This document shows positions 53,413 through 63,262 of a stretch of 64,000 nucleotides of DNA, in pieces (positions within the stretch are counted from its first letter, which is position 1; every line of letters begins with the position of its first letter). The DNA lies in assembly GCA_038239115.1 (NCBI GenBank), contig JBBSFD010000001.1:51399-115398 (forward strand). The letters run 5' to 3'. This DNA comes from Candidatus Limnocylindrales bacterium (lineage in GTDB: Bacteria > Chloroflexota > Limnocylindria > Limnocylindrales > CSP1-4). The notes under the pieces are model-generated. The model was not told the origin of the DNA and searched no databases. It saw nothing but the letters and a program-made list of their open reading frames with translations. Position numbers and translations under genes: made by a program.

Positions 53413-54132
53413 CTACGCCTTCGGCCGCGCGTCCTCGCCGGCTTCGATCCGGTAGCCGACCGAGCGCACCGCCACGACCGCCGGGCCTCCGGCGCTGACT
53501 ACCTTGTAGCGCAGCCGGGCCAGGTGCGGCTTGAGCCAGAGCTGGTCGGGATTCGGCTCGGATGGCCAGCCGGCTCGGACCAGCCGGGCGTGGGGAACCA
53601 CGTCGCCGCCGGCCCGGACGAGGGCCTCCAGCAGCCGGTACTCGGTGGCCGTCAGGGGCAGGAGCGTGTCGCCGACCCGGGCCTCGTGGCGGCCGGGATC
53701 GATCGTCAGCTGACCGGCCTGGAGCGTGCTACCGCCACCACCAGAACCGCCCGCCGCGTCCACCCGGCGCATCACCGCGGCGATCCGGGCGAGCAGCTCC
53801 TGGCGTCCGAACGGCTTGACCAGGTAGTCGTCGGCGCCGAGCTCGAGGGCCCGAACCTTGGCACCCTCGCCGCTTTCGCCCGAGACGATCAGGATGGGCA
53901 CGTTGCCGGCGGCCCGGATCTGGCCGGACACGCTGAAGCCGTCCGGGCCGGGCATCGCCAGGTCGAGCAGGACCAGGTCGGGCGACTCCTCGCGGAAGCG
54001 CCGGACGGCCGTCAACCCGTCGTAGGCCGTGATCACCTGGTGGCCGTCCTGGCCGACCAGGGCGGTGATCGCGCCGACCATGGCCGGGTCGTCGTCGACG
54101 ACGAGGATGCGGAGCGGACGAACGTTGGGCAC
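53413..54132 (-). CDS. OmpR/PhoB-family response regulator
   Basis: Receiver domain (ILVVDDDPAM...LVLLDLAMPGPDG...ADDYLVKPF) plus a winged-helix C-terminus (LTATEYRLLEALV...VGYRIEA). Confidence 0.9.
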   Translation of the reverse strand: MPNVRPLRILVVDDDPAMVGAITALVGQDGHQVITAYDGLTAVRRFREESPDLVLLDLAMPGPDGFSVSGQIRAAGNVPILIVSGESGEGAKVRALELGADDYLVKPFGRQELLARIAAVMRRVDAAGGSGGGGSTLQAGQLTIDPGRHEARVGDTLLPLTATEYRLLEALVRAGGDVVPHARLVRAGWPSEPNPDQLWLKPHLARLRYKVVSAGGPAVVAVRSVGYRIEAGEDARPKA

Positions 54133-54144
54133 TGGTGGGCTTCC

Positions 54145-55425
54145 TCAGACGGCCACGGCCGCGGGCAGGGCAAGGACGAATCGGGCGCCGTTGCCCGGAG
54201 CAGGCTCACACCATAGCCGGGCGCCCATCGCTTCGGCCAGCCGGCGGGCCGCGTACAGGCCGATGCCCGATCCGCGCGCGGTGTGGGTGTCGCGCCGGGC
54301 GTAGGGCTCGAAGATCCGCTCGCGCCACTCGGGTGGGATGCCTGGACCCTCGTCACCCACCCCCAGCCGGACGATGCCCTCGACCAGCGTGACGTCGACC
54401 GTGATCGTCGTCTCGGGCGGGGCGTACTTGACCGCATTCTCGACTAGGTGCTCGATGATCTGGCGCAGGCGAGGCGGGTCGGCAAGGGCGTGCCGGCGGA
54501 CCTCGACGTGACGCTCGATCCCGTGCTGGCGCAAGAGTGGCTTGAGCTCGACGACGAGCTCTTCGAGGAGCGCCCCGACGTCGATCGGCACCACCTCGAC
54601 CGGGCCCTCGGTGCTCGGCCGAATCGAGGCCAGGATCGAATCGACCAGGCGGTCCAGCCGGTCGATCTGGCTGAGCGTGCCCTGGTACCACTCCTCGCGC
54701 TGGGCCCGGCGCTCCGGATCGCGGCTCGGGCGGCCGTCCAGGGGTGGGTCGTCGGCCAGCAGGTCGGCGTAGGCGCGAACGACGGCCAGCGGCGTCCGCA
54801 GCTCGTGGGTGACCATCGCGATCAGCTCGGTCCGAGCCACATCGAGGCGTTGCAGGGCGATCACCTGGGCCTCGGCATCGCGCTGGAGGCGGCCCTTCTG
54901 GACGACTCCTGCCAGCAGGTCGGCGATCGCGCTGAGCTGGGCGGCATCCTCGGGGTCGAAGTCACGGTGGGCCTCGGTCTGGACGTTGAGCACGCCCACG
55001 ATCTCGGCATGCCACGACAGCGGGACCGACAGCATCGAGGCGACATAGCGGCGCTGGTCGATGCCCCGGACCCACAGGAAGCGCTGGTCCTGCCGGACGT
55101 CGGCCACGATCATCGCTTCCTGGCTGGCGGCCACCCGCCCGGTCACGCCCTCGCCGAACGGGACGCGGGCACGTCCGATCTGGTGGCGGTCGAGCCCGTT
55201 CGTGGCGGCCAGGGTCAGGTGGCTGCCGTCCCGATCGAGCAGGTACAGCGAGCTGACGTCGGCATGGAGCGCGTCGCGGGTCTCGTCCACGATCGTCTCA
55301 AGCAGCTCGTCCCAGGTCCGGGCGGTGGTAGCCAGCCGGGCGACGCGATGCAGGAAGCGCAGCTGCCGAAGCTGCTCCTCGGGCGATCGGCTGGGCGCTG
55401 GCACCTGCTTGACCATGTCCTCCAT
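54145..55425 (-). CDS. cytoplasmic GAF-domain sensor histidine kinase
   Basis: GAF domain (GEGVTGRVAASQEAMIVADV), HisKA H-box MVTHELRTPL, HATPase N, G1 (GVGDEGPGIP) and G2 (GSGIGL) boxes; real start MEDMVKQ at 55425; the 788-aa track ORF extension is rejected. Confidence 0.85.
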   Translation of the reverse strand: MEDMVKQVPAPSRSPEEQLRQLRFLHRVARLATTARTWDELLETIVDETRDALHADVSSLYLLDRDGSHLTLAATNGLDRHQIGRARVPFGEGVTGRVAASQEAMIVADVRQDQRFLWVRGIDQRRYVASMLSVPLSWHAEIVGVLNVQTEAHRDFDPEDAAQLSAIADLLAGVVQKGRLQRDAEAQVIALQRLDVARTELIAMVTHELRTPLAVVRAYADLLADDPPLDGRPSRDPERRAQREEWYQGTLSQIDRLDRLVDSILASIRPSTEGPVEVVPIDVGALLEELVVELKPLLRQHGIERHVEVRRHALADPPRLRQIIEHLVENAVKYAPPETTITVDVTLVEGIVRLGVGDEGPGIPPEWRERIFEPYARRDTHTARGSGIGLYAARRLAEAMGARLWCEPAPGNGARFVLALPAAVAV

Positions 55426-55518
55426 GGTACGGGAGGCTCGTGCTTGCGCCCGACGCCGATTTCGGGATGGCCGGCCCAGGCGGCAGGAATGTGCACACAG
55501 ACCGACGCCGGACAGCAA

Positions 55519-55556
55519 GAGACCCGGACGGAGGAAGTCCGGGTCTCGAGCCTTTT
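55519..55556 (+). terminator. terminator-like hairpin on the plus strand (11-bp perfect stem GAGACCCGGAC / GTCCGGGTCTC, 7-nt loop, then GAGCC-TTTT)
   Basis: Position verified against the codons of overlapping track ORF 55298..55684; about 95 nt upstream of the HK start on the opposite strand; no plus-strand gene ends here. Confidence 0.35.
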
Positions 55557-56065
55557 GGCTGCGAGTCAGCGGGAGGAGGGATTCGCTGACGTACAACCGG
55601 GAACGTCGGCGGGCCGGGGCACCGGTCCGCTGGGACGAATGAGTCAGGCCCAGCGGCGGCCCAGGGGAACCACGACGAAGGCAAGGACGACCGGCACGAC
55701 GGACAAGCCGAGGAGCCAGGCGCTGGTCTTGATTCGATCGAACATTCCAGGAACTCCGCTGCCCGGCAAGGCCATGAAACGAGCCCGTTCGCGTGCCGGT
55801 CACGATCGGGAGCCGGAGGTTACCCGCCGAAAGGCCCATTCGCCAAGCCGGACGAAGGTACTGGTACTTATGGGTCAGTGCGCCCTGGCACCGTCGGGCC
55901 CGGCCACCTCCGTGGCTCGGCCAACTGGCCACGACCGGCCACCGGCGACGACGGGCGGCCCACGCTAGAGTGGGCACGAACACTTCAATTTCGATCCTCC
56001 GCCGGGCGCGCCGACGCCCACGTCCCAGTCGGCCGGCCGACTGAACGAAAGGACGACAACCCGAG

Positions 56066-56599
56066 ATGCGTCTCGCCCGAACTACCCGGTTGGCGGCCTT
56101 CGCGGCGATCGCCGCGATCGTGCTGGCCGGTTGCACCGCCTCGGCCCAGGCCGGCTGGACGTTCGCCCCGGTCCCGTCGGCAACGGCCGCCCCATCCACC
56201 GGCCCGAGCGGAGCACCAGCCAGCAGCGCACCAGCCAGCGGTGCACCAGCCAGCAGCGCACCAGCCAGCGGTGCACCCGCCAGCAGCGCTCCGTCCGGCG
56301 CGCCCGCCCCTAGCGGGGCGAGCGCCTCGGTGACGATCAGCGCCTTGAACATCACCTTCGAGCAAACCTCGGTCGATGCCCCGGCCGGCACGCCGTTCAA
56401 CGTTGACTTCGACAACAAGGACGCGGGCGTGCCCCACGACGTGTGGATCAAGGATTCGACCGGCAACCCCGTCTTCCAGGGTGCGATCGTGACCGGCCCG
56501 ACCCAGACCACCTACAACGTGCCGGCCCTGCCGGCCGGCTCATACACCTTCAACTGCTCGGTCCACCCGAACATGACCGGCACGATGGTGGTCAAGTAG
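56066..56599 (+). CDS. cupredoxin (type-1 blue-copper, plastocyanin/azurin-like) lipoprotein with a low-complexity Ala/Pro/Ser linker
   Basis: Lipobox IVLAGC; copper ligands H (GVPHDVW) and C-x2-H-x2-M (CSVHPNM); linker encoded by about 30-nt tandem DNA repeats at 56218-56290. Confidence 0.7.
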   Translation: MRLARTTRLAAFAAIAAIVLAGCTASAQAGWTFAPVPSATAAPSTGPSGAPASSAPASGAPASSAPASGAPASSAPSGAPAPSGASASVTISALNITFEQTSVDAPAGTPFNVDFDNKDAGVPHDVWIKDSTGNPVFQGAIVTGPTQTTYNVPALPAGSYTFNCSVHPNMTGTMVVK

Positions 56600-56624
56600 C
56601 GCTGAGCCGCGAGCGGGCACGAGG

Positions 56625-57374
56625 ATGACCGACGCGATCTGCTATCGCGATGCCTACGCGGACCGGATCGAGGCGGTCGTCGTCGCGTCGACCGCGGTTG
56701 CTGACGGCCAGGGCGCCCAGGTCGTGCTCGACCGGACTGTCTTCTACCCGGGCGGCGGCGGCCAACCGGCCGATCGGGGCCTGCTCCTGCGAGCGGCCGA
56801 TGGCCGGACCTGGACGGTCACCTCGGCGCGCAAGGATGGCCCTGACATCGTCCACGATCTGGAGCAGGACGGCGGCGAACCGCCCGCGGTCGGCGACCGG
56901 CTCGAAGTGGGGCTCGAATGGGCCCGCCGCCATCTCCTGATGCGGACCCATACCGCCCTCCATGCCCTGTGCGGGGTGGTCTGGCGCGACTACGGGGCGC
57001 AGGTCACCGGCGGCAACATGGAGCCCGGCAGCGGCCGGATGGATTTCGAGTTCGAGCGGATGAACGCCGACCTGGTCGGCTCGATCGAGGCGACCGTGAA
57101 CGCCGAGCTGGCCCAGGGCCGGCCCATCAAGGTCAACGTCCTGCCCCGCGACGAAGCCTTCGCGATCCCGGACCTGATCCGGACCAAGATCAATCTGCTG
57201 CCACCGGGGATCGCCGAGATCCGCACGATCGAGATCGTCGGTCTCGACCTCCAGGCCGACGGCGGCACCCATGTGGCCAACACGAGCGAGGTCGGCTCGA
57301 TCCGGGTGACCGGCTACGAGTCCAAGGGCCGGATCAACAAGCGCATCCGGATCGAGCTGGTCGCGCCGGCCTGA
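56625..57374 (+). CDS. alaX: AlaX-family trans-editing protein (alanyl-tRNA synthetase editing/second additional domain homolog)
   Basis: Zinc motif HTALHALCGVV...and GGTHV of the AlaRS editing fold. Confidence 0.75.
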   Translation: MTDAICYRDAYADRIEAVVVASTAVADGQGAQVVLDRTVFYPGGGGQPADRGLLLRAADGRTWTVTSARKDGPDIVHDLEQDGGEPPAVGDRLEVGLEWARRHLLMRTHTALHALCGVVWRDYGAQVTGGNMEPGSGRMDFEFERMNADLVGSIEATVNAELAQGRPIKVNVLPRDEAFAIPDLIRTKINLLPPGIAEIRTIEIVGLDLQADGGTHVANTSEVGSIRVTGYESKGRINKRIRIELVAPA

Positions 57375-57531
57375 TCCGGCCACGGAGGCTCCGGCACCAA
57401 GTTCGGCTTCGGCCGCGGGTCCGGCTATACTCCACGTCCGCCTCCCAGCCCACGCGATCCGCTGCGGCGCGCGCCCATCTCGTGACGCGCCGTTAGCCAG
57501 GCCCAAAGCGACGAAGGAAATCGCCCCGCCC

Positions 57532-58593
57532 ATGTTCGATCGTCTCCTCGGCCTCTTCTCGCGCGACATCGGGATCGACCTGGGGACCGCCAACACGCTC
57601 GTCCACGTGCGGAACCGGGGAATCGTGATCAGCGAGCCAAGCGTGGTCGCGATCGAGGCCAAGACCAAGAAGGTGCTCGCGATTGGCGCCGAGGCCAAGC
57701 GGATGGTCGGCCGGACGCCCGCCTCGATCATCGCCGTCCGCCCCCTGCGTGACGGCGTGATCAGCGACTTCGACGTGACCGAGCAGATGATCAAGTACTT
57801 CGTCAACCGGGTTCACGATCGGGTCGGCCTGATCCCCCGGCCGCGCATGCTGCTGGGCGTGCCATCGGGCGTGACCGAGGTCGAGAAGCGGGCGGTCCGC
57901 GACGCCGCCCTCAATGCCGGCGCTCGCTGGGCGCGCCTGATCGAGGAGCCAATGGCCGCCGCGATCGGAGCGGGCTTGCCGGTCAGCGAGCCGTCGGGCA
58001 GCCTGATCGTCGATATTGGCGGCGGCACGACCGAGGTCGCCGTGATCAGCCTGGGCGGGATCGTCATCGCCCGGAGCATCCGGATCGGCGGCGACGAGAT
58101 GGACGCGGACATCGTCACCTTCGCCCGGCGCGAGTACAACCTGTTCCTGGGCGAGCGGACTGCAGAGGACATCAAGATCGCGATCGCCTCGGCCTATCCC
58201 GGCGACTGGGACGCCCAGCGGGTCGTCCTCCGCGGCCGCGACCTGCTGACCGGCCTGCCCCGCAGCGTCGAGGTTGGGGCCGACCAGATCCGCGAAGCGA
58301 TCGAGCCCTCGGTCCAGCAGATCGTCGACACGATCAAGGACACGATCGAGGAGACGCCGCCCGAGCTGGTCGCGGACATCATGGACCAGGGCATCGTCCT
58401 GGCCGGCGGCGGTGCCCTGCTGGCCGGCCTCGACCAGCGCATTGCCGAGGCGACCCAGATGCCCGTCCACATCGCCGACGACCCGCTGACCTGCGTGGCC
58501 CGCGGCACCGGCGTGGTCCTCGAGGAGCTCGCCACCAATCCGGCGATGCAGCGGGTCCTGGTCGCCGACACCTACGCCCGGGCGCCGCGCTGA
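57532..58593 (+). CDS. mreB: rod shape-determining protein MreB
   Basis: DLGTANTLV, actin-fold phosphate-1 and phosphate-2 loops (IVDIGGGTTEVAVIS), LAGGGALL. Confidence 0.9.
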   Translation: MFDRLLGLFSRDIGIDLGTANTLVHVRNRGIVISEPSVVAIEAKTKKVLAIGAEAKRMVGRTPASIIAVRPLRDGVISDFDVTEQMIKYFVNRVHDRVGLIPRPRMLLGVPSGVTEVEKRAVRDAALNAGARWARLIEEPMAAAIGAGLPVSEPSGSLIVDIGGGTTEVAVISLGGIVIARSIRIGGDEMDADIVTFARREYNLFLGERTAEDIKIAIASAYPGDWDAQRVVLRGRDLLTGLPRSVEVGADQIREAIEPSVQQIVDTIKDTIEETPPELVADIMDQGIVLAGGGALLAGLDQRIAEATQMPVHIADDPLTCVARGTGVVLEELATNPAMQRVLVADTYARAPR

Positions 58594-58618
58594 CGGCCGG
58601 AATCCAGGCAGCGCCGGC

Positions 58619-59575
58619 GTGACCGCTCTCCTCAACGATCGCAAGACGCGCCGCCGCTCGGTCAGCTACGTGATCCTGCTGGTGAGCTGCCTGGTCCTGA
58701 TGGTCTTCTCGTCCAGCCCGCCGGTCCAGGAGATCCAGAAGGGCGTGGCCTTCGCCTTCAAGCCGGTCCAGGGGGCGCTCGATTCGGTCGCCCGGGGCGT
58801 CGGCGGGCTGGTCGGCACGATCAGCGAGATCGACACCCTGCGCCGGACGAACAACGAGCTGGCCGCTGAGAACGCCACCCTGCGAGCCGAAAACGCCCAG
58901 GCTCTCGAGATCCAGCGCGAGAACCAGATCCTGACCGGGCTCCTGCAGGTCCAGTCGGGCCTCGGCTTCAAGACCGTCGCCTCGAGCGTGATCGGGCGCG
59001 AGACGTCCGAGTTCAGGCGGGTGGTCACGATCGACGTCGGGACGGACCAGGGGATCCTGATCGGCGATGTGGTCGTGGCCGATGGCGGCGCACTGGCCGG
59101 CCGGGTCACGGCCGTGACCTCGGGCACCGCCAGCGTCCTGTTGATCAACGACACGAGCTCGACCGTGATCGGCCAGCTGGTCACCAACCAGGCCAGCGGC
59201 TCGGTCATCGGCCAGCTCGGTGGCGTCCTGGTCATGGAGAACATCGATTCGACCGAACGGGTCCAGATCAATGACCAAGTGGTCACCGCCGGGATCGACC
59301 TGGGCAACGGGGTCCGCTCGCCGTTCCCCAAAGGGCTCCTGATCGGGACCGTCGTCGACGACCAGCGCGACGCGAACGCCGTCGTCCAGACAGCCTTCAT
59401 CGAGCCTGCGGTCGACCTGGACAAGCTCGAATACGTGCTGGTCATCACCAACTACCAGGGCGGCCTGCCGCCGGTCGACCAGCAGGCCGTGCCCTGCCCC
59501 ACGGCCGGCGCGACCTTGCCGGCCGGCGAGCAGCCGTGCGTGACTGCGGCGCCGACCCTCGCGCCCAGCCCCTGA
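58619..59575 (+). CDS. mreC: rod shape-determining protein MreC
   Basis: GTG start; N-terminal TM helix, coiled coil (NNELAAENATLRAENAQALEIQREN), beta-rich periplasmic domains; directly follows mreB. No mreD follows. Confidence 0.8.
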   Translation: MTALLNDRKTRRRSVSYVILLVSCLVLMVFSSSPPVQEIQKGVAFAFKPVQGALDSVARGVGGLVGTISEIDTLRRTNNELAAENATLRAENAQALEIQRENQILTGLLQVQSGLGFKTVASSVIGRETSEFRRVVTIDVGTDQGILIGDVVVADGGALAGRVTAVTSGTASVLLINDTSSTVIGQLVTNQASGSVIGQLGGVLVMENIDSTERVQINDQVVTAGIDLGNGVRSPFPKGLLIGTVVDDQRDANAVVQTAFIEPAVDLDKLEYVLVITNYQGGLPPVDQQAVPCPTAGATLPAGEQPCVTAAPTLAPSP

Positions 59576-59592
59576 CAGGTAGGCTCTATCCG

Positions 59593-60354
59593 ATGAAAGG
59601 CATCGTCCTGGCCGGTGGAACGGCGACCCGCCTGTTCCCGCTCACGATCGTGACCAACAAGCACTTGCTGCCGATCTACGACCGGCCAATGATCTACTAC
59701 CCGATCGAGACCCTGGCTGGGATGGGCATTCGCGAGGCGATGGTCATCGTCGGCGGCAAGAGCGTCGGCGACGTAGTCGAGCTGCTCGCCGACGGCTCCC
59801 ATTTCGGGCTGGACCTGACCTATCGCTACCAGCATGGCGCGCTGGGCATTGCCCACGCCATCGGGCTCGCCCGCGACTTCGTCGGCGACGAGGCGTTCTG
59901 CTGCGTCCTCGGCGACAACATCCTGCTGGGCGAGCCGCTGGCCGATGTGGCCAAGGCGTTCGAGTCTGGCTCGTACGGTGCCGGCACGCTCCTCTACCGG
60001 GTGCCCGATCCGGAGCGCTTCGGGGTGGCCGAGCTGGGCCCCGACGGCGCGGTCGTCGGCTTCGAGGAGAAGCCGGCCGTGCCCAAGAGCGACCTGATCC
60101 CGATCGGGGTCTATTTCCTGCGCGCGGCCGCGTTCGACGTGATCGACCAGCTGGCGCCGTCCGGGCGGGGCGAGTTCGAGATCACCGACGTGCTCAACCA
60201 CTACATCCCGAACGGCGGCCTGTTTACCAAGGTGTACGAAGGTCAGTGGGCCGACGCCGGCACGGTCCCGTCGCTGATGCGGGCGGCCACGATCGCCGCC
60301 GGTGACGACCGCGACGGCCGGTTGAGCCCGGCCCCGCAGCGTCCGGGCCGCTGA
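59593..60354 (+). CDS. rmlA: glucose-1-phosphate thymidylyltransferase (RmlA-like sugar nucleotidyltransferase)
   Basis: MKGIVLAGGTATRLFPLT N-terminal nucleotidyltransferase motif; start is the ATG at 59593 within track ORF 59536..60354. Confidence 0.85.
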   Translation: MKGIVLAGGTATRLFPLTIVTNKHLLPIYDRPMIYYPIETLAGMGIREAMVIVGGKSVGDVVELLADGSHFGLDLTYRYQHGALGIAHAIGLARDFVGDEAFCCVLGDNILLGEPLADVAKAFESGSYGAGTLLYRVPDPERFGVAELGPDGAVVGFEEKPAVPKSDLIPIGVYFLRAAAFDVIDQLAPSGRGEFEITDVLNHYIPNGGLFTKVYEGQWADAGTVPSLMRAATIAAGDDRDGRLSPAPQRPGR

Positions 60355-60361
60355 GGACGCC

Positions 60362-61498
60362 ATGACGACCGAGCGGCTTGGTCCGGGCTCGCACCTGCTG
60401 GTGACCGGTGGCGCGGGCTTCATCGGCTCGTCGTTCGTGCGCGAGATCCTGGCCCGCGACGACGGCACCCGGATCACCGTCCTGGACACCCTGACCTACG
60501 CCGGCAACGAGGCCAACCTGCGACCGGTCCTGGACGATCCCGGCCAGGCCGGCCGGCTGCGCTTCGTACGCGGCGACATCGCCGACCCGGCCGTCGTCGG
60601 GCCGCTGGTGGCCGAGGCCGACGCGGTCGTCAACTTCGCCGCCGAGTCGCACGTCGACCGCTCGATCCTCGATCCGGAGGCCTTCCTGCGGACCGGCGTG
60701 ATCGGCGTCCACGTCCTGCTCGACGCCTGCCGGGCCGAGTCGATCGCGGCGGCCAGTGGCCGGCGGCGGACGTCCGCCGGCGCCGCCCGGCCGGCGCCGC
60801 GCTATCTCCAGGTGAGCACCGACGAGGTCTATGGCTCGGTCGAAACCGGCCAGTCGATCGAGACCGACGCGCTCGCCCCGCGCTCGCCCTATGCCGCGGC
60901 CAAGGCCTCGGGCGAGCTGCTCGTCCGGAGCTACATCGTAACCCACGGTCTCGACGCCGTCGTCACCCGCGGATCCAACACGTTCGGCCCATACCACCAC
61001 CCCGAGAAGCTGATCCCCCTGTTCATCACCAACGCCCTCGAGGACCGGCCCCTGCCGCTCTATGGCGATGGCCTCCAGCAGCGCGACTGGCTGTACGTGA
61101 CCGACCACGCAATGGCGATCGAATGGATTCTCCGCCATGGCCAGGCCGGCGAGACCTACAACATCCCGGGCTCGGCCGAGCTGACCAACCGGGAGGTGGT
61201 CCGGCTCCTGCTCGACGCCCTGGCCAAGCCCTGGTCGCTGGTCCGGACGGTCGAGGACCGGCCCGGCCACGATCGGCGCTACTCGCTGGACGGCACGAAG
61301 CTGGCTGCCCTGGGCTGGCACAACCGGGTCGACTTCGCCACCGGGCTGCGGGCCACGATTGACTGGTTCCAGGCCAACGAGGGATGGTGGCGGGCGATCA
61401 AGGCCGGCGACTGGGATGCCTACTACGAGCGCCAGTACGGGCGTCGCCTGGCCGGCTCGGTCGCGGCCAGCCCCGAGCCGGGAGCGCTGACCGACTGA
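60362..61498 (+). CDS. rmlB: dTDP-glucose 4,6-dehydratase
   Basis: GGAGFIGS Rossmann motif; catalytic YAAAKAS (Y-x3-K); extended-SDR fold. Confidence 0.9.
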   Translation: MTTERLGPGSHLLVTGGAGFIGSSFVREILARDDGTRITVLDTLTYAGNEANLRPVLDDPGQAGRLRFVRGDIADPAVVGPLVAEADAVVNFAAESHVDRSILDPEAFLRTGVIGVHVLLDACRAESIAAASGRRRTSAGAARPAPRYLQVSTDEVYGSVETGQSIETDALAPRSPYAAAKASGELLVRSYIVTHGLDAVVTRGSNTFGPYHHPEKLIPLFITNALEDRPLPLYGDGLQQRDWLYVTDHAMAIEWILRHGQAGETYNIPGSAELTNREVVRLLLDALAKPWSLVRTVEDRPGHDRRYSLDGTKLAALGWHNRVDFATGLRATIDWFQANEGWWRAIKAGDWDAYYERQYGRRLAGSVAASPEPGALTD

Positions 61499-61499
61499 C

Positions 61500-62426
61500 A
61501 TGCGTGTTGCGATCACGGGCAGCGGCGGGCGCCTGGGCCGGGCGGTGCTGGCGGCCTTCGCCGATGCCCCGTTCACCGGGATCGCCGGCCCGCTGGCCTG
61601 GCACCGGCCGGACTACGACCTCGACGATCCTGCCTCGGCCGCCCGCCTGATCGAGCGCGACCGGCCCGAGGTCATCGTCCATACGGCCGCCTGGACCGAC
61701 GTCGACGGCTGCGCCCGCAACCCGGAGCTGGCCCTGCGCCGCAACGGCGAGGCGGTCGATGAGCTGGCCCGGGCAGCCGTGGCCGCCGGGATCGACCTGC
61801 TCCTCGTCTCGACCAACGAGGTCTTCGACGGTCAGCGGACCGATGGCCTGGGTTATGGGCCGGATGACAAGCCGAGCCCGATCAACGCCTACGGGGCGAG
61901 CAAGCTGGCTGGCGAGGTCGCGGCACGCGCTGCCTACGCCAGCGGCCCGGGCCTGGCGATGGTGCGCACCGCTTGGCTGTACGGCCCGCCGGGCAACGAC
62001 TTCCCCGAGAAGATCGGGCGGGCCGCGGAACGTGCCCGGGTGGCCGGCGAGGCCCTCCGGGTCGTGGTCGACGAGACAGGTTCACCCTCGTACACGGCCG
62101 ATGTCGCCGAGGCGATCGTGGAGCTGGTCGGATCGGGTGCGCCGCTGGCCGGAATCCACCATCTCGTCAACGCCGGCCGGGCAACCCGGGCCGAGTGGGC
62201 GCGGGCGGTGCTGGCCGGGCTCGGAATCGACGTTCCGATCGACGAAGTCCCGGCAGCGACCTGGCAGCGGCCCTCCACGCCGCCGGCCTGGGGGGTCCTC
62301 GAACCGACCCGCCTGCCGTCGGGTGAGCCGATCCGGCCGTGGACCGCGGCCCTGGCCGACTACCTGCCGGCCCTCCGGCGGCAGCTGGCTGGCGGGCCGG
62401 CGACCGCGGCGAGCGGACTGCGATGA
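61500..62426 (+). CDS. rmlD: dTDP-4-dehydrorhamnose reductase
   Basis: MRVAITGSGGRLG; YGASKLAGE catalytic motif. Confidence 0.85.
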   Translation: MRVAITGSGGRLGRAVLAAFADAPFTGIAGPLAWHRPDYDLDDPASAARLIERDRPEVIVHTAAWTDVDGCARNPELALRRNGEAVDELARAAVAAGIDLLLVSTNEVFDGQRTDGLGYGPDDKPSPINAYGASKLAGEVAARAAYASGPGLAMVRTAWLYGPPGNDFPEKIGRAAERARVAGEALRVVVDETGSPSYTADVAEAIVELVGSGAPLAGIHHLVNAGRATRAEWARAVLAGLGIDVPIDEVPAATWQRPSTPPAWGVLEPTRLPSGEPIRPWTAALADYLPALRRQLAGGPATAASGLR

Positions 62427-63001
62427 GCCCGGAGTTGGGCGCGCCTTCGGCCCTGCCCGGCGTGCGCTGGTCGTCGATTGCCCGGCATGCCGACGTCCGG
62501 GGCTCGTTCCGGGAGCTGTGGCAGGCCTCCGCCGGCTTCGACCTCGATCCACGCTGGACCGGCGCCGCCGACGCTCGCTTTGTCCAGGCCAACCTGTCGG
62601 CCTCGGCCGCCGGGGTCCTGCGCGGGCTGCACTACCATCGCCGCCAGCTGGACCACTGGATCGTGGCCTCGGGCCGGGCGATCGTGGCCCTGGTCGATGT
62701 CCGGCCGGCCGCGGCCGGTACCGGGCCGGCCGTGGTCGAAACACGCGAGCTGGCGGCCGACAGCACGGTCACGATCCCGGTGGGCGTGGCCCACGGCTTC
62801 CTGGCCCTCGAGCCACTCGAGCTGATCTACCTGGTGACCAACGAGTACGACGGCTCCGACGAGCTGGGCTTTGCCTGGGACGATCCGGCCGTCGGCGTGC
62901 CCTGGCCGGCCTGTCCCACGCCCGACGGACGGCCGATCCTGTCCGAGCGAGACCAGGCCAATCCAAGGCTGGCCGGCCTGCTGGAGCGCCTGCGGGCCTG
63001 A
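62423..63001 (+). CDS. rmlC: dTDP-4-dehydrorhamnose 3,5-epimerase
   Basis: ATG overlapping the rmlD stop; RGLHYH and cupin-fold motifs of RmlC. Confidence 0.85.
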   Translation: MSPELGAPSALPGVRWSSIARHADVRGSFRELWQASAGFDLDPRWTGAADARFVQANLSASAAGVLRGLHYHRRQLDHWIVASGRAIVALVDVRPAAAGTGPAVVETRELAADSTVTIPVGVAHGFLALEPLELIYLVTNEYDGSDELGFAWDDPAVGVPWPACPTPDGRPILSERDQANPRLAGLLERLRA

Positions 63002-63262
63002 ATCCACCCGGAATCGGTGCACCGGCGCCACACAATCCGTTACCGTGGCCGGAGACGGCGCACCACCGTCGACCACCACCAAGTCCACCGCACAGCGCCC
63101 GACCGGGCCGTACCGACCGGCCCTTCGGACGATGGGGCCATTCGGGCCCGGGACCATGTCGGTATTGAGTCGGGCCACCCCATCCGGGAGTCTGGGGTTG
63201 CCCTCCACCGCCGGTTCGTGTTGAACCACGGGCCGGCACGCGGAAAGCTCGGAGACTCCCAT

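Noticed and set aside
55426-56511. Upstream extension (362 aa) of the histidine-kinase ORF 54145..56511
   Set aside because: The GAF-HisKA-HATPase protein is complete from MEDMVKQ at 55425. The extension is Arg/Ala/Pro-rich, overlaps the cupredoxin gene region, and has no TM or sensor-domain features.
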